Below are positions 21,420 through 29,852 of a stretch of 32,000 bases of DNA, piece by piece. The position numbers and the translations under genes are program-made. Under the pieces are notes generated by a model, which worked only from the letters and a program-made list of their open reading frames with translations, was not told the DNA's origin and did no database searches. Source of the DNA: Promethearchaeum syntrophicum. Lineage in GTDB: Archaea > Asgardarchaeota > Lokiarchaeia > Sigyniarchaeales > Promethearchaeaceae. Where the stretch lies: assembly GCF_008000775.2 (NCBI RefSeq), contig NZ_CP042905.2, forward strand, positions 1,470,001-1,502,000. Reading direction: 5' to 3'. Each line of letters opens with the position of its first letter. Positions within the stretch are counted from its first letter, which is position 1.

Positions 21420-21960
21420 CCAAAAGACTTTTTGGAGCACTTAGCACTCCGAAAGTATTAAATAATCTGCCGACAAAATAATAATTACCGCCAATCTACT
21501 CGTTGCAGGCGGATCCCAAGGGGACTGGAGAACAATGTTCTTTTTATGTGACTCGGTTCGCCCGATCATATCGAAAAAAAATTTGTCATTCCTTTGCGTG
21601 AGATCCGAATTCCAAGACCATTCTTGGGATTTGAAGCTCGAGGTCACCCATCTTTCAAAGACTTTGGCTAACCTCCGTGAAAACTTACAGGGAAGATCCA
21701 CAGAAAGCTTCTTTTCCAGGTGATCACGGGAGTGGTCATTTAATAAAATATTGTCACGCCTCACAGCATTGGATGCAGAGCCTTTTGGGATCTTTTTTGG
21801 CTTTGCATCCGCTTTGAGGGTCTGAACAGACCGTGTAAGGACCAATCCCTTGTGAGATCCGCGTGAAATGGTGTGATATTGGCGAAAATCCTTTCATTGG
21901 TAAAAAATCCGACCAAAAGAAAGAATTGAGAGCAATTGCAACGAACAATTGCTCTCGGTG
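21420..21960 (+). ncRNA. Candidate extended structured non-coding RNA (bridge-RNA-like) in the 5' non-coding part of IS110 copy 1; exact limits unknown
   Basis: Visible stem-loops: 21420-21435 CCAAAA-GACT-TTTTGG; 21612-21627 CCAAGA-CCAT-TCTTGG; 21721-21738 TGATCAC-GGGA-GTGGTCA (GNRA-type loop); 21771-21810 GGATGCAGAGCC-N16-GGCTTTGCATCC; 21819-21832 GGTCT-GAAC-AGACC; 21928-21956 GAGAGCAATTG-CAACGAA-CAATTGCTCTC. The region is visibly GC-richer than neighbouring intergenic DNA and lies directly upstream of the transposase. Confidence 0.55.
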
Positions 21961-21994
21961 ATGGATTCAATCAACCTGAATCCAGTGAGTTACA

Positions 21995-23530
21995 ATGAGT
22001 CATAATCCCTCAAAAAGCTTTAGGAAAAAAACAACCCGTCGAAAATCCAGGAGAAGTTCTCAAGGATCTACTTCATCTGGTGCTGAAATTGAAATTGTCC
22101 GATATGGGGTCGGCTTAGATGTTCATAAGGAGAACATTGTGGTGAGTGTCGCGGCCCAAACTGAGCAAAACTTGATTATTCAAATTCGAACCCATAAATT
22201 TCGAAATCAACCTCAAGGATTGCAGGAATTAACCCAGTTCTTACAGAAATATCTTCCCGTTTCCCATTATTTAATGGAATGCACAGGCATATATCATCGA
22301 CCTGTATATCACGCCTTGGAAGATGCATTTCCGAATTCAAAGACGAAAATTATTGCAATGAATCCATTATTGGTCCACCGTAAATTGACCGATTTGGGAA
22401 ACAAACATGATAAAGCAGATGCTCAAGGCATGGCAGAACTTAGCTTCTACGATCGATTAATACGACCAAGTTATATCGGTACTCCCGAGTTTTTCCATTT
22501 GCGGGATACTCTGCGAAATTACAAGCATGCAAAGAAAGCAGCTAATAAATACGTGAATCGTATTCATCGAGTATTATGCAGTGTCAATTTCATGCATAAA
22601 CTTAATCTTCATCATGAATGGGAATTACACTTGCTCGATTTTATGATTACAACTGAAGGTCCGATGAAACGGGCATTTAAAGCAATGGTAGAATCATCTC
22701 AGTTAGAAAAGCGATCAATCAGCAGCTTGATGAAACATCAAGATGATTATGTGCCTTATTTTAACATAGAACTTCCCAAAACTTCTCGGTTCAACTTGCG
22801 ACAATTAGTCATCCAATATCTCCAAGCAGAAACAAATGCTGCCCAATATTTATTGCAAACCGAAAAACAAATTCTTAAGGATGCTGAATTCGAATATTGG
22901 TACCTCCAACTTCTCCGAATTCCCTGTGTAGGGCAAGTTTCCGCCTTGCGTTTAATTACTGAATTAGGGGATTTTCGACGGTTTGTCAATTGGAAGGCTT
23001 TTGCTAAATATTGCGGAGTAGTTCCTGAAATAAAGGAAAGTGGAGGAACATTTACTCCCGGTCATATCAATCGGTTTACTAATACTCATCTTCGGACCGC
23101 CTTATCACAAATTGCCATGTTATATGTCAACGGTTATGCCAAGGGAAGCGACTTAGCTAAATTTGCTCATCGCCAGTATGTTTTAAGAGGACTTCCTTAC
23201 AAGAAAGCCGTGATGCGAGTGGCTCAAAAACTCAGTCGCATTATATATCAAGTCCTAGTAAATAATGTTTCCTATGATGCGACTTTTGAACAAACCAAGG
23301 CGAAAATACAGCGATTGCAGCGCCGAAATACCAAACACGGTACAATGTTAGAATTTCCCCAAACTCGCAGTCTCCGTCGTGATATATCTCAACTTTTGGT
23401 TACCAACTCACAATATATGACCTCCAAAAGTCGCTTCTTCTTGATAAAGGGTTTCCAACAATTGATACGGAAGGCAAATGTAGTGGAACTGCAAGGGGCT
23501 AAGGTGGATTCAAAAAAAAATAAGATTTAG
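21995..23530 (+). CDS. IS110-family transposase (DEDD RuvC-like plus Transposase_20)
   Basis: 'YGVGLDVHKENIVVSVA', 'LMECTGIYHRPVYHAL', 'NKHDKADAQGMAEL', then 'LLRIPCVGQVSALRLITELGDFRRFVNWKAFAKYCGVVPEIKESGGTFTPGHINRFTNTHLRTALSQIA'. Confidence 0.95.
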   Translation: MSHNPSKSFRKKTTRRKSRRSSQGSTSSGAEIEIVRYGVGLDVHKENIVVSVAAQTEQNLIIQIRTHKFRNQPQGLQELTQFLQKYLPVSHYLMECTGIYHRPVYHALEDAFPNSKTKIIAMNPLLVHRKLTDLGNKHDKADAQGMAELSFYDRLIRPSYIGTPEFFHLRDTLRNYKHAKKAANKYVNRIHRVLCSVNFMHKLNLHHEWELHLLDFMITTEGPMKRAFKAMVESSQLEKRSISSLMKHQDDYVPYFNIELPKTSRFNLRQLVIQYLQAETNAAQYLLQTEKQILKDAEFEYWYLQLLRIPCVGQVSALRLITELGDFRRFVNWKAFAKYCGVVPEIKESGGTFTPGHINRFTNTHLRTALSQIAMLYVNGYAKGSDLAKFAHRQYVLRGLPYKKAVMRVAQKLSRIIYQVLVNNVSYDATFEQTKAKIQRLQRRNTKHGTMLEFPQTRSLRRDISQLLVTNSQYMTSKSRFFLIKGFQQLIRKANVVELQGAKVDSKKNKI

Positions 23531-23538
23531 TCTTTAAT

Positions 23539-23555
23539 GGGGGTCAACGACCCCC
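23539..23555 (+). terminator. Strong hairpin followed by a T tract just 3' of the transposase
   Basis: GGGGGTC-AAC-GACCCCC then AGGCTAAATTTTTTTTC. It may be a terminator or an IS end structure. Confidence 0.5.
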
Positions 23556-23675
23556 AGGCTAAATTTTTTTTCTTTTAATTAACTAAATCGACATTTAAAA
23601 AGTATATGACAACTATTTTTGATATTATTCAAGAACCTTAAGTTATCATATCAATCCTAAGCATTACGCAATCAA

Positions 23676-23707
23676 TTTCTCGTGAAATCGTTCGATTTGA
23701 TAAGTCC
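23676..23707 (+). repeat. Imperfect 32-nt direct repeat, copy A
   Basis: TTTCTCGTGAAATCGTTCGATTTGATAAGTCC matches copy B at 26019-26050 at 29 of 32 positions. A shared TACGCAAT lies upstream of both. Confidence 0.8.
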
Positions 23708-23946
23708 TTCAAATGATTTTCCTCTTTTAAATTGAAAAATTGATAGAAATAAAATTTATCCTTTGAAACGTTTATTATTCATTTACCCAAAGCATAGAAA
23801 TCCAGTAACTAACGCTTTCCCAACTCCAAACATTCATTCAAATTATTACAAAACAATTTCTAAAATGAAGAATGATATTTTTCCAAATTATTGTTGCCAT
23901 CTACCAAATAAATAAATATAACTATTCCTAACTTGTTAATCACCTA

Positions 23947-24798
23947 ATGTCAACAACACAAGTAGTTTCAATCTTGGTAACATGTCCCGTTGAAAGTTGT
24001 AGAAAAGAAAAAACCTTCGAAATTCCCAAATTTTTGTTTGATAATAAACAGACAGGAATTCTTGCCCTCCCAGTACATAAACTAGATTGTTGTGAGCATG
24101 AATTCATTGTCTTTATTTCAAAACAAGGTTATAAAGTATCAGGATATGAGCTTATAGATACTGCTGTAGATATTTCAAAGTTGTATGAAACTTCTCAGGC
24201 GAAAAAATTCTTTTTAGAGACCCTATTGTCAAAATATGGCACTCTCGCTACCTCTGCAATCTTGCGTGCAATTATTTTAGATAAATCTATATATATTATT
24301 AGAAAAAAGAGTGAAAAAAACATCGCTAATAAGATTTTTAACTTATTAATTCAATTTCTCCCAGAAGAATATCAAAATCAAATGATTAAAATATCACATA
24401 TTTTCGAATCTGGGTTTAAAGAAGCAGAAATTGAAGACACCTTGGTAATAAGCTCCACTGGAATTATTGTAAATACTCCATGGAATTCAATTTCGGATAA
24501 TTTTGAACGGAATTTGATAAATGAAGCATTAAAAATATTAGATCAGGAATTTCAATCTGTATTAATTAAAGAAGAATTGCGAAAAATTCTCGATAAAGCC
24601 AATTTCATTAATCAAATTATTGAGAAAAAAGAAATATTTGAAAATGATTTAAAAATAAAAATCAATAAGCGTTTTAATGTTTCTATTTCTAATTTAGATT
24701 TCAAATTGCTAAAACAGATTGTTTCTGTGAGATTTGGACAAGATATTAGTAATATAAAGATAAAATCCTTAACAAAAATTTCAGAAGGACTTTGGTAA
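23947..24798 (+). CDS. Uncharacterised 283-aa protein with Cys-rich N-terminus
   Basis: ORF with 'VTCPVESCRKEKTFEIPKFLFDNKQTG...HKLDCCEHEFIVFIS' (possible metal site) and a helical C-terminal half. A TATA-like tract AATAAATAAATATAA lies upstream. Confidence 0.75.
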   Translation: MSTTQVVSILVTCPVESCRKEKTFEIPKFLFDNKQTGILALPVHKLDCCEHEFIVFISKQGYKVSGYELIDTAVDISKLYETSQAKKFFLETLLSKYGTLATSAILRAIILDKSIYIIRKKSEKNIANKIFNLLIQFLPEEYQNQMIKISHIFESGFKEAEIEDTLVISSTGIIVNTPWNSISDNFERNLINEALKILDQEFQSVLIKEELRKILDKANFINQIIEKKEIFENDLKIKINKRFNVSISNLDFKLLKQIVSVRFGQDISNIKIKSLTKISEGLW

Positions 24799-25119
24799 AA
24801 TAGAAAAATGTCTTTGAAATAAGGTAGCATAATGACTATTATTCTCAGTTAAACTTACTCCTTGCATTGATGGATTTATCTCCTCTTTATTTAACCCTAA
24901 ATCAATGATTTTCTTATCATTTGATACGAATCAAAAATGACGACGCTTAAATTTAACCCTATGGAGTGTCTGTACCTAATTCTGGTAAATTCATATATGA
25001 AATTATCAATGTAAGATAATTATAGTTAATTTATGTAGCGATTATTATATGTTTAATAAAATCTATACTAAGGATTATTCCATCACTTTTTTAGGTACGG
25101 AAAAATAATCTAAATTATT

Positions 25120-25851
25120 ATGGATAGCATATATCTCTTTCCGATGATTTATGAATTTTTAATCTTTGGTGTGGTAGGAAGCTTCTCAATTCTCCTCGCA
25201 TTTCGTTTTTTTCAAAAGAAGACAACAGTAATTAAATATATTTTTTTATACGTTTTTGTATTCTCCTTATCTGCCTTAATCTCTGCTATTTCACGAGTTT
25301 TACGTTATACAGGGGCTTGGTTGTTATCTTCTGAGCCAGAAAAATATCTTGAATTATTGGCAGTATCGGTTTGCTTCATTGCATTATCTAATATCTTTTT
25401 ATTAATGTTTGGATTGGAAATCTTTCAATCAGATTTAGCTAATAAGAAAAAAAATGCTATTTTACTGTTGTATTGGATACTAACTATCACATTTATCATT
25501 TTTGCCTTAGTAACAGGCTTAAATACAGTTGATTTAACTACTGGAATATGGGGATTTTTAATCGGGCAATCATTAATTGTCGATTTGTTTATTATTATCT
25601 CATGTTTCAATCTGATAAACAAAATGGATGATCCAATCGATAAAATATTCGTTCGGTTTATTGCCCTTAGTCCTATTAGTATTATTATGATCTTTGTATT
25701 CTTTTTCTTAGATCGTATAATGATAAATGATTTCACAATTTTCTATTACTTAGGTTGGATAGGTGGAATTGTATCCGCTGGAGTTGTATATATTGGTATT
25801 ATTCGACCCTCCTTTATAGAAAATTATTTCCAAAAAAGAAATAAAAAATAA
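25120..25851 (+). CDS. Predicted 7-TM integral membrane protein, uncharacterised
   Basis: 243 aa with seven hydrophobic segments separated by short charged loops and no recognised catalytic motif. Confidence 0.75.
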   Translation: MDSIYLFPMIYEFLIFGVVGSFSILLAFRFFQKKTTVIKYIFLYVFVFSLSALISAISRVLRYTGAWLLSSEPEKYLELLAVSVCFIALSNIFLLMFGLEIFQSDLANKKKNAILLLYWILTITFIIFALVTGLNTVDLTTGIWGFLIGQSLIVDLFIIISCFNLINKMDDPIDKIFVRFIALSPISIIMIFVFFFLDRIMINDFTIFYYLGWIGGIVSAGVVYIGIIRPSFIENYFQKRNKK

Positions 25852-26018
25852 AAGATTTCAAATTCTTGTAGGCAATCCCTGCAGGTACTGTTCAAATGAA
25901 ACGTTTTTTCAGATTTTTTTCATAATAGAAATAAATGAGAACAGAAATTTAATTACCCTAAATCAAATCATTAAAATCACAAGTTGTTTTGTCCTTCCTA
26001 CGCAATAGAGAGTTAATC

Positions 26019-26050
26019 TCTCGTGAATCCGTTCGATTTGATAAGTCCGT
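26019..26050 (+). repeat. Imperfect 32-nt direct repeat, copy B
   Basis: TCTCTCGTGAATCCGTTCGATTTGATAAGTCC (see copy A). It overlaps a small palindrome AGAGA-GTTAA-TCTCT at about 26010-26024. Confidence 0.8.
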
Positions 26051-26201
26051 GAAGAAAATTAGATATTTCTAGTACTCAGAATTGATAGGCGATAATCTTT
26101 AAGTTCGGTATGGCAGGCAAATTCTTTTCGGCAGTATGAACCTTGTAATGATATAATAGACCCGCTACTTCAACTAAACAATCTATATATGAGTGAAAAA
26201 A

Positions 26202-26274
26202 TGGGCCCACCCGGAATTGAACCGGGGACCTTCTGCACGTCAAGCAGACGTAATAACCACTATACAATGAGCCC
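26202..26274 (-). tRNA. tRNA-Val (anticodon GAC), no encoded CCA
   Basis: Reverse complement GGGCTCATTGTATAGTGGTTATTACGTCTGCTTGACGTGCAGAAGGTCCCCGGTTCAATTCCGGGTGGGCCCA folds as acceptor GGGCTCA/TGGGCCC, anticodon stem TCTGC/GCAGA with loop TTGACGT, and T-arm CCCGG-TTCAATT-CCGGG. Confidence 0.96.
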
Positions 26275-26336
26275 TTACCAATTATTAATATCTTACTGAT
26301 TATTAATTTTATTGATCTTATAGTTCACCAATTCAA

Positions 26337-26543
26337 TTAAGCAATTAATTCATCAAATAATGACATGGATTGGTTTTTTTTTGTCATTATTTGCAATTCG
26401 TGTTCAGTTGCTCTACGTTTTTCCAATGATTTTAAAAAATTTCTTTCATCATCAGGAAGCATTTCATCTAATTCTTCAAGGTATGATTCAAGTTCACGAA
26501 TTTTTATCATTTCCAATTTTTTTAAAATACCATAAAAATCCAT
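26337..26543 (-). CDS. Small acidic helical protein, uncharacterised
   Basis: 68 aa 'MDFYGILKKLEMIKIRELESYLEELDEMLPDDERNFLKSLEKRRATEHELQIM...'. Its composition looks protein-like and it lies just downstream of and co-directional with the MFS gene. Confidence 0.5.
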   Translation of the reverse strand: MDFYGILKKLEMIKIRELESYLEELDEMLPDDERNFLKSLEKRRATEHELQIMTKKNQSMSLFDELIA

Positions 26544-26602
26544 TGTTCTAAAAAGATAAAAATATGATCAAAAGATAAAAAAAAAGGAACGAAATTTAGC
26601 AA

Positions 26603-27937
26603 TTAAATCTTGGTTGCATTTTTGGCTACTTCTAATTTTTCCTGTCGGGCAAATTTCATGTGATTCCATACAAGAACACTTGCTAAAATCGCTAATTCCG
26701 CCAATAAAAAGATAAATACATAGTTAAATCGGATTCCATAAAGATAACCTGCAACTATCGGTGGAACACCGAAACTTATCCCAATGAACACCTCATTCAA
26801 AGTCGTATATTTATTAGAATTTCGATGTTTACCTTTGTCTACAGTAATCCTCTGGGCAACTCCTTGTATAAAACCGAAAAATAAACCGCAAAGTATAAGC
26901 AATGGAACATAAATAAATAATGCCCACATTTCTAATGGAATAAAGATCAGAATCAATGTAGAAATGAATATCACACCCAAACCCATCATATAACCGACTC
27001 GCATTTTCTTGAATTTATAAATGAGATTGAGGCCTACAATTTGTAATGTTTGCTGAATAAGAACAACAGCATATACCCAATATGATTCAATCCCAATCTC
27101 TTCAAAATAATATGGTATGGTAAAACGGAACAATCCTTTACTGGAAGCAAAAAACAATACACCCCCCAATGCCATTACAAGAGGGACATTCATGAGATTT
27201 ATTTGTTTTTTGTCACTTCCATACGGATGTTTATCTGAATCTTCACTAATTTTTGTGGGAGCCGGTAAAAGTTTGACGTTCTGGACAATTACTGCTCTAT
27301 TATCATACATTTCAAATTTTTCCGACTTTTCTAGGAAGAATGCTATTGGGATGAGAGTGTAACCAATAATTACGGAAAAGATCAAAGCATAAAACTCGGA
27401 TCCGACAAATAAAACATAAAGATACCCAACCACAAATCCACTCATTAGTCCGAAATTCCAAGAATAGTTGAAAATTTTAAGAAAGTTAATCTCCTTCTTT
27501 GATTTATGGTTTTTCTCCCATGATGTAATTAAATTCAATGTATTTGGCCAAAAAAAACCGTTGAGAAAACCTTCTATACCACGAATTAAAATCAAAATAT
27601 ACGGATTTGAAACAAATATGGTTGAAGTTACAGCGATTAATCCTAATGTTGTTGAAATTATAAGGGTTTTCTTTATGCCGAAATAATTTGTCACATATCT
27701 AGCGCAAAATGGTCCTGCAATATAAGTAATAGCAGAAATAGATCCAATCGTTCCTACCAAGTCGGAAGATAGGTTTTTATCATAAATTAGATAATTTGGT
27801 AAAGCGAGTGAAAAGATCGCATAAAAAAACGTCCTAACAAAAGACATAACAAACATAGGCCAAAAACGGTAGTCCCTAACTCCCGTTGAGCTCGCATCCT
27901 CCACATTTTTCTGAGTTGAATTTATTGAATTTTTCAT
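26603..27937 (-). CDS. Major facilitator superfamily transporter (track start 27961 is a TTG; ATG at 27937 preferred)
   Basis: About 12 TM segments, 'GSISAITYIAGPFCARYVTNYFGIKKTLIISTTLGL', 'RGIEGFLNGFFWPNTLNLI', 'EVFIGISFGVPPIVAGYLYG'. Confidence 0.9.
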   Translation of the reverse strand: MKNSINSTQKNVEDASSTGVRDYRFWPMFVMSFVRTFFYAIFSLALPNYLIYDKNLSSDLVGTIGSISAITYIAGPFCARYVTNYFGIKKTLIISTTLGLIAVTSTIFVSNPYILILIRGIEGFLNGFFWPNTLNLITSWEKNHKSKKEINFLKIFNYSWNFGLMSGFVVGYLYVLFVGSEFYALIFSVIIGYTLIPIAFFLEKSEKFEMYDNRAVIVQNVKLLPAPTKISEDSDKHPYGSDKKQINLMNVPLVMALGGVLFFASSKGLFRFTIPYYFEEIGIESYWVYAVVLIQQTLQIVGLNLIYKFKKMRVGYMMGLGVIFISTLILIFIPLEMWALFIYVPLLILCGLFFGFIQGVAQRITVDKGKHRNSNKYTTLNEVFIGISFGVPPIVAGYLYGIRFNYVFIFLLAELAILASVLVWNHMKFARQEKLEVAKNATKI

Positions 27938-28069
27938 TCTATTATATCCGATCCTTACCAAGGTTGATAAGCTCTGTTATGTAGCATCAGATTAAGATTT
28001 TTCTCTCTTTAGGAATCCCAAGATCTATTACTTTGAGAAATTTCTGGCACCGAAATTATTTATAAATTC

Positions 28070-28597
28070 TTGAATTATGTATTATTTATGAATAATAATT
28101 CAAAAGTTAACACCAAGTGGCTTGAAACAATAAATGTCATAATTATGTCTGTCGCATTTATTGCTTTAATTTTAACGGGTTTTTTCATTCACAATGAAGA
28201 AATTATTATGTTTATACATTATATTGGATGGATTTTATGGGTTTTATCAGTTATACTCGCTTTTTCCCCAAATTTTATTTTTAAGAAGTATGGTGGGGTT
28301 CAAAAGGGAGAAAGTTATATGAAAACAACTAAATTAGTAAATAAAGGTATTTATAGTATTATTCGACATCCTCAATATGGAGGGGGAATATACATTGCTT
28401 TTTCTCTTATTCTAATCCAGCAAACACTTGTAAGTGTAATTCTGGGAATAATCAGTATTATCACTTCTTATTTATCTATGATTTTTGAAGATAAGCGATT
28501 AATTGTTAAATTTGGTGAGGATTATGTAGAGTATATGAAAAAAGTGCCTAGAGTCAATGTAATATCAGGATGTATAAGAAAAATAAATAGAAAATAG
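28070..28597 (+). CDS. Isoprenylcysteine carboxyl methyltransferase (ICMT/PEMT)-like membrane methyltransferase
   Basis: 'LVNKGIYSIIRHPQYGGGIYIAFSLILI' and 'FEDKRLIVKFGEDYVEYMKKVPR' match the ICMT/PEMT C-terminal signature. Confidence 0.82.
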   Translation: MNYVLFMNNNSKVNTKWLETINVIIMSVAFIALILTGFFIHNEEIIMFIHYIGWILWVLSVILAFSPNFIFKKYGGVQKGESYMKTTKLVNKGIYSIIRHPQYGGGIYIAFSLILIQQTLVSVILGIISIITSYLSMIFEDKRLIVKFGEDYVEYMKKVPRVNVISGCIRKINRK

Positions 28598-28647
28598 TTG
28601 ATAGAAAATAGAAAAAAATGGAAAAAAACCAATATAATAAACACCCA

Positions 28648-29730
28648 TTAAATTTTAATAATCCAATTTAATTTCTCAAATATCCATGCGATAATCCAAA
28701 TTAGCAAAATAGGAACTATTCCTAATAATATCATGTCAAATACGCCACTTATGCCCAAATATCCTTCAATTAATCCATAATATACAAGTTCATTTATTAC
28801 CATGGAGAATAGAAATACCATCAGCATATTTTTTCCAAAAGTGCTCAAACCGGGGACATGGAATCCATCTTTATCGAAATGATAAAAGGCATATAGGAAA
28901 AAGGTGCTAACACTTACTGCCAACATTGCCAAAGGGGTCGAGACTTTATGATGATCTGACCATTGGATGAAATCCAATAAATAACTGGATATTAAAAATG
29001 CCACTGTTAAAGGAAGAACATTTTTCTTAATGCCTTCCTCATTAATTTCTCCTTTTGGATTAAGGAACCAGAGAGTAAACGCCGAAGCAACTAATCCTAT
29101 TGCGATATGATTGATTGTCATAAAGGGAAATTCCCATGCTCCAGCTTCCCATTCATGCAAACCTTCAAATATATATAATATTGATTGAAGGAGCATAACT
29201 CCTAACCCAACAATCAACCGAAATTTTGGTTTTGGTATATATAGTGCAGCAATTCCAGCAGCCAGTCCTGCCCAAGCTATATTTGCTAATGTTCCCAAGG
29301 CAAGGATGAAGTATGAATCAAATTTATCCGCTGCCAATCCATGAAGCACACTCAAAATCATTACTAAAACAAATCTTTTTCCAATATGTATCCATATTTT
29401 TCCATCAGATAAACCTTTATCTTTTCGTTTAAGGACAGCAAATGCTTGCATGAATCCCACCAGAAAGATGAATATTTGTTGCCCAAGATCAATCATCGTA
29501 ATAAGAGGACGCTCATAATCTGCATACTTGAATCCGTGATTTAATGCTGGTGCCATTAATGGCATAATCCCATTCGCAGGATCATTAGAAAAAATCCAAG
29601 CACAAGTTTGAATGATGAATAAAATTATAATTATTCCTCGAAATTGATCCAACCACTCAAATCGAATTTTGCTCTTTTTTTCTTTTTTTTCTTTTTTCTC
29701 TGTTTCTTCAATTTTCAATTCTTCACTCAT
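28648..29730 (-). CDS. HGSNAT/DUF5009-like multi-TM acyltransferase-family protein (ORF open from 29766)
   Basis: 'RFEWLDQFRGIIIILFIIQTCAWIF...PALNHGFKYADYERPLITMIDLGQQIFIFLVGFMQAFAVLKR', 'KNMLMVFLFSMVINELVYYG'. The ATG at 29730 is preceded by GGAGTGATTAAC. Confidence 0.72.
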   Translation of the reverse strand: MSEELKIEETEKKEKKEKKSKIRFEWLDQFRGIIIILFIIQTCAWIFSNDPANGIMPLMAPALNHGFKYADYERPLITMIDLGQQIFIFLVGFMQAFAVLKRKDKGLSDGKIWIHIGKRFVLVMILSVLHGLAADKFDSYFILALGTLANIAWAGLAAGIAALYIPKPKFRLIVGLGVMLLQSILYIFEGLHEWEAGAWEFPFMTINHIAIGLVASAFTLWFLNPKGEINEEGIKKNVLPLTVAFLISSYLLDFIQWSDHHKVSTPLAMLAVSVSTFFLYAFYHFDKDGFHVPGLSTFGKNMLMVFLFSMVINELVYYGLIEGYLGISGVFDMILLGIVPILLIWIIAWIFEKLNWIIKI

Positions 29731-29852
29731 GTTAATCACTCCTAAAATAATCAAATGTCGAAACACTTGTAAAATAAATTTTGTCGAGGATGTTTATAAC
29801 TACTATGTTTTTTGAAGCATTTAATTTATAAATTGAAAAAAAATAGGTTATA

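Larger units (their letters stand above)
21241..23575 (+). mobile_element. IS110-family insertion sequence, copy 1 (left boundary set by the repeat; right boundary approximate)
   Basis: Sequence from 21241 onward matches 31201 onward for all 800 bp available; identity stops at 21240/31200 (g vs t). The element contains the IS110 transposase. The right end is placed after the GGGGGTC...GACCCCC hairpin but is not resolved. Confidence 0.85.

Noticed and set aside
21535-21723. 62-aa plus-strand ORF in the IS110 leader
   Set aside because: Low-information translation with mutual overlap in a non-coding-looking region; no start context.
21441-21845. 134-aa minus-strand ORF inside the IS110 leader (and its copy at 31401-31805)
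   Set aside because: It overlaps strong hairpins and competing ORFs in other frames (21535-21723 +, 21754-21948 -, 21761-21970 -), and the translation has no recognisable domain or typical composition. A structured RNA explains the region better, although a protein is not excluded.
21241-23575. CRISPR array or retron-like interpretation of the repetitive or structured region
   Set aside because: No regularly spaced repeats and no reverse transcriptase or Cas-like ORF; the adjacent gene is an unambiguous IS110-family transposase.
26076-26267. 63-aa minus-strand ORF
   Set aside because: It overlaps tRNA-Val; the peptide 'RRSPVQFRVG' is a classic translation artefact of a tRNA T-arm.
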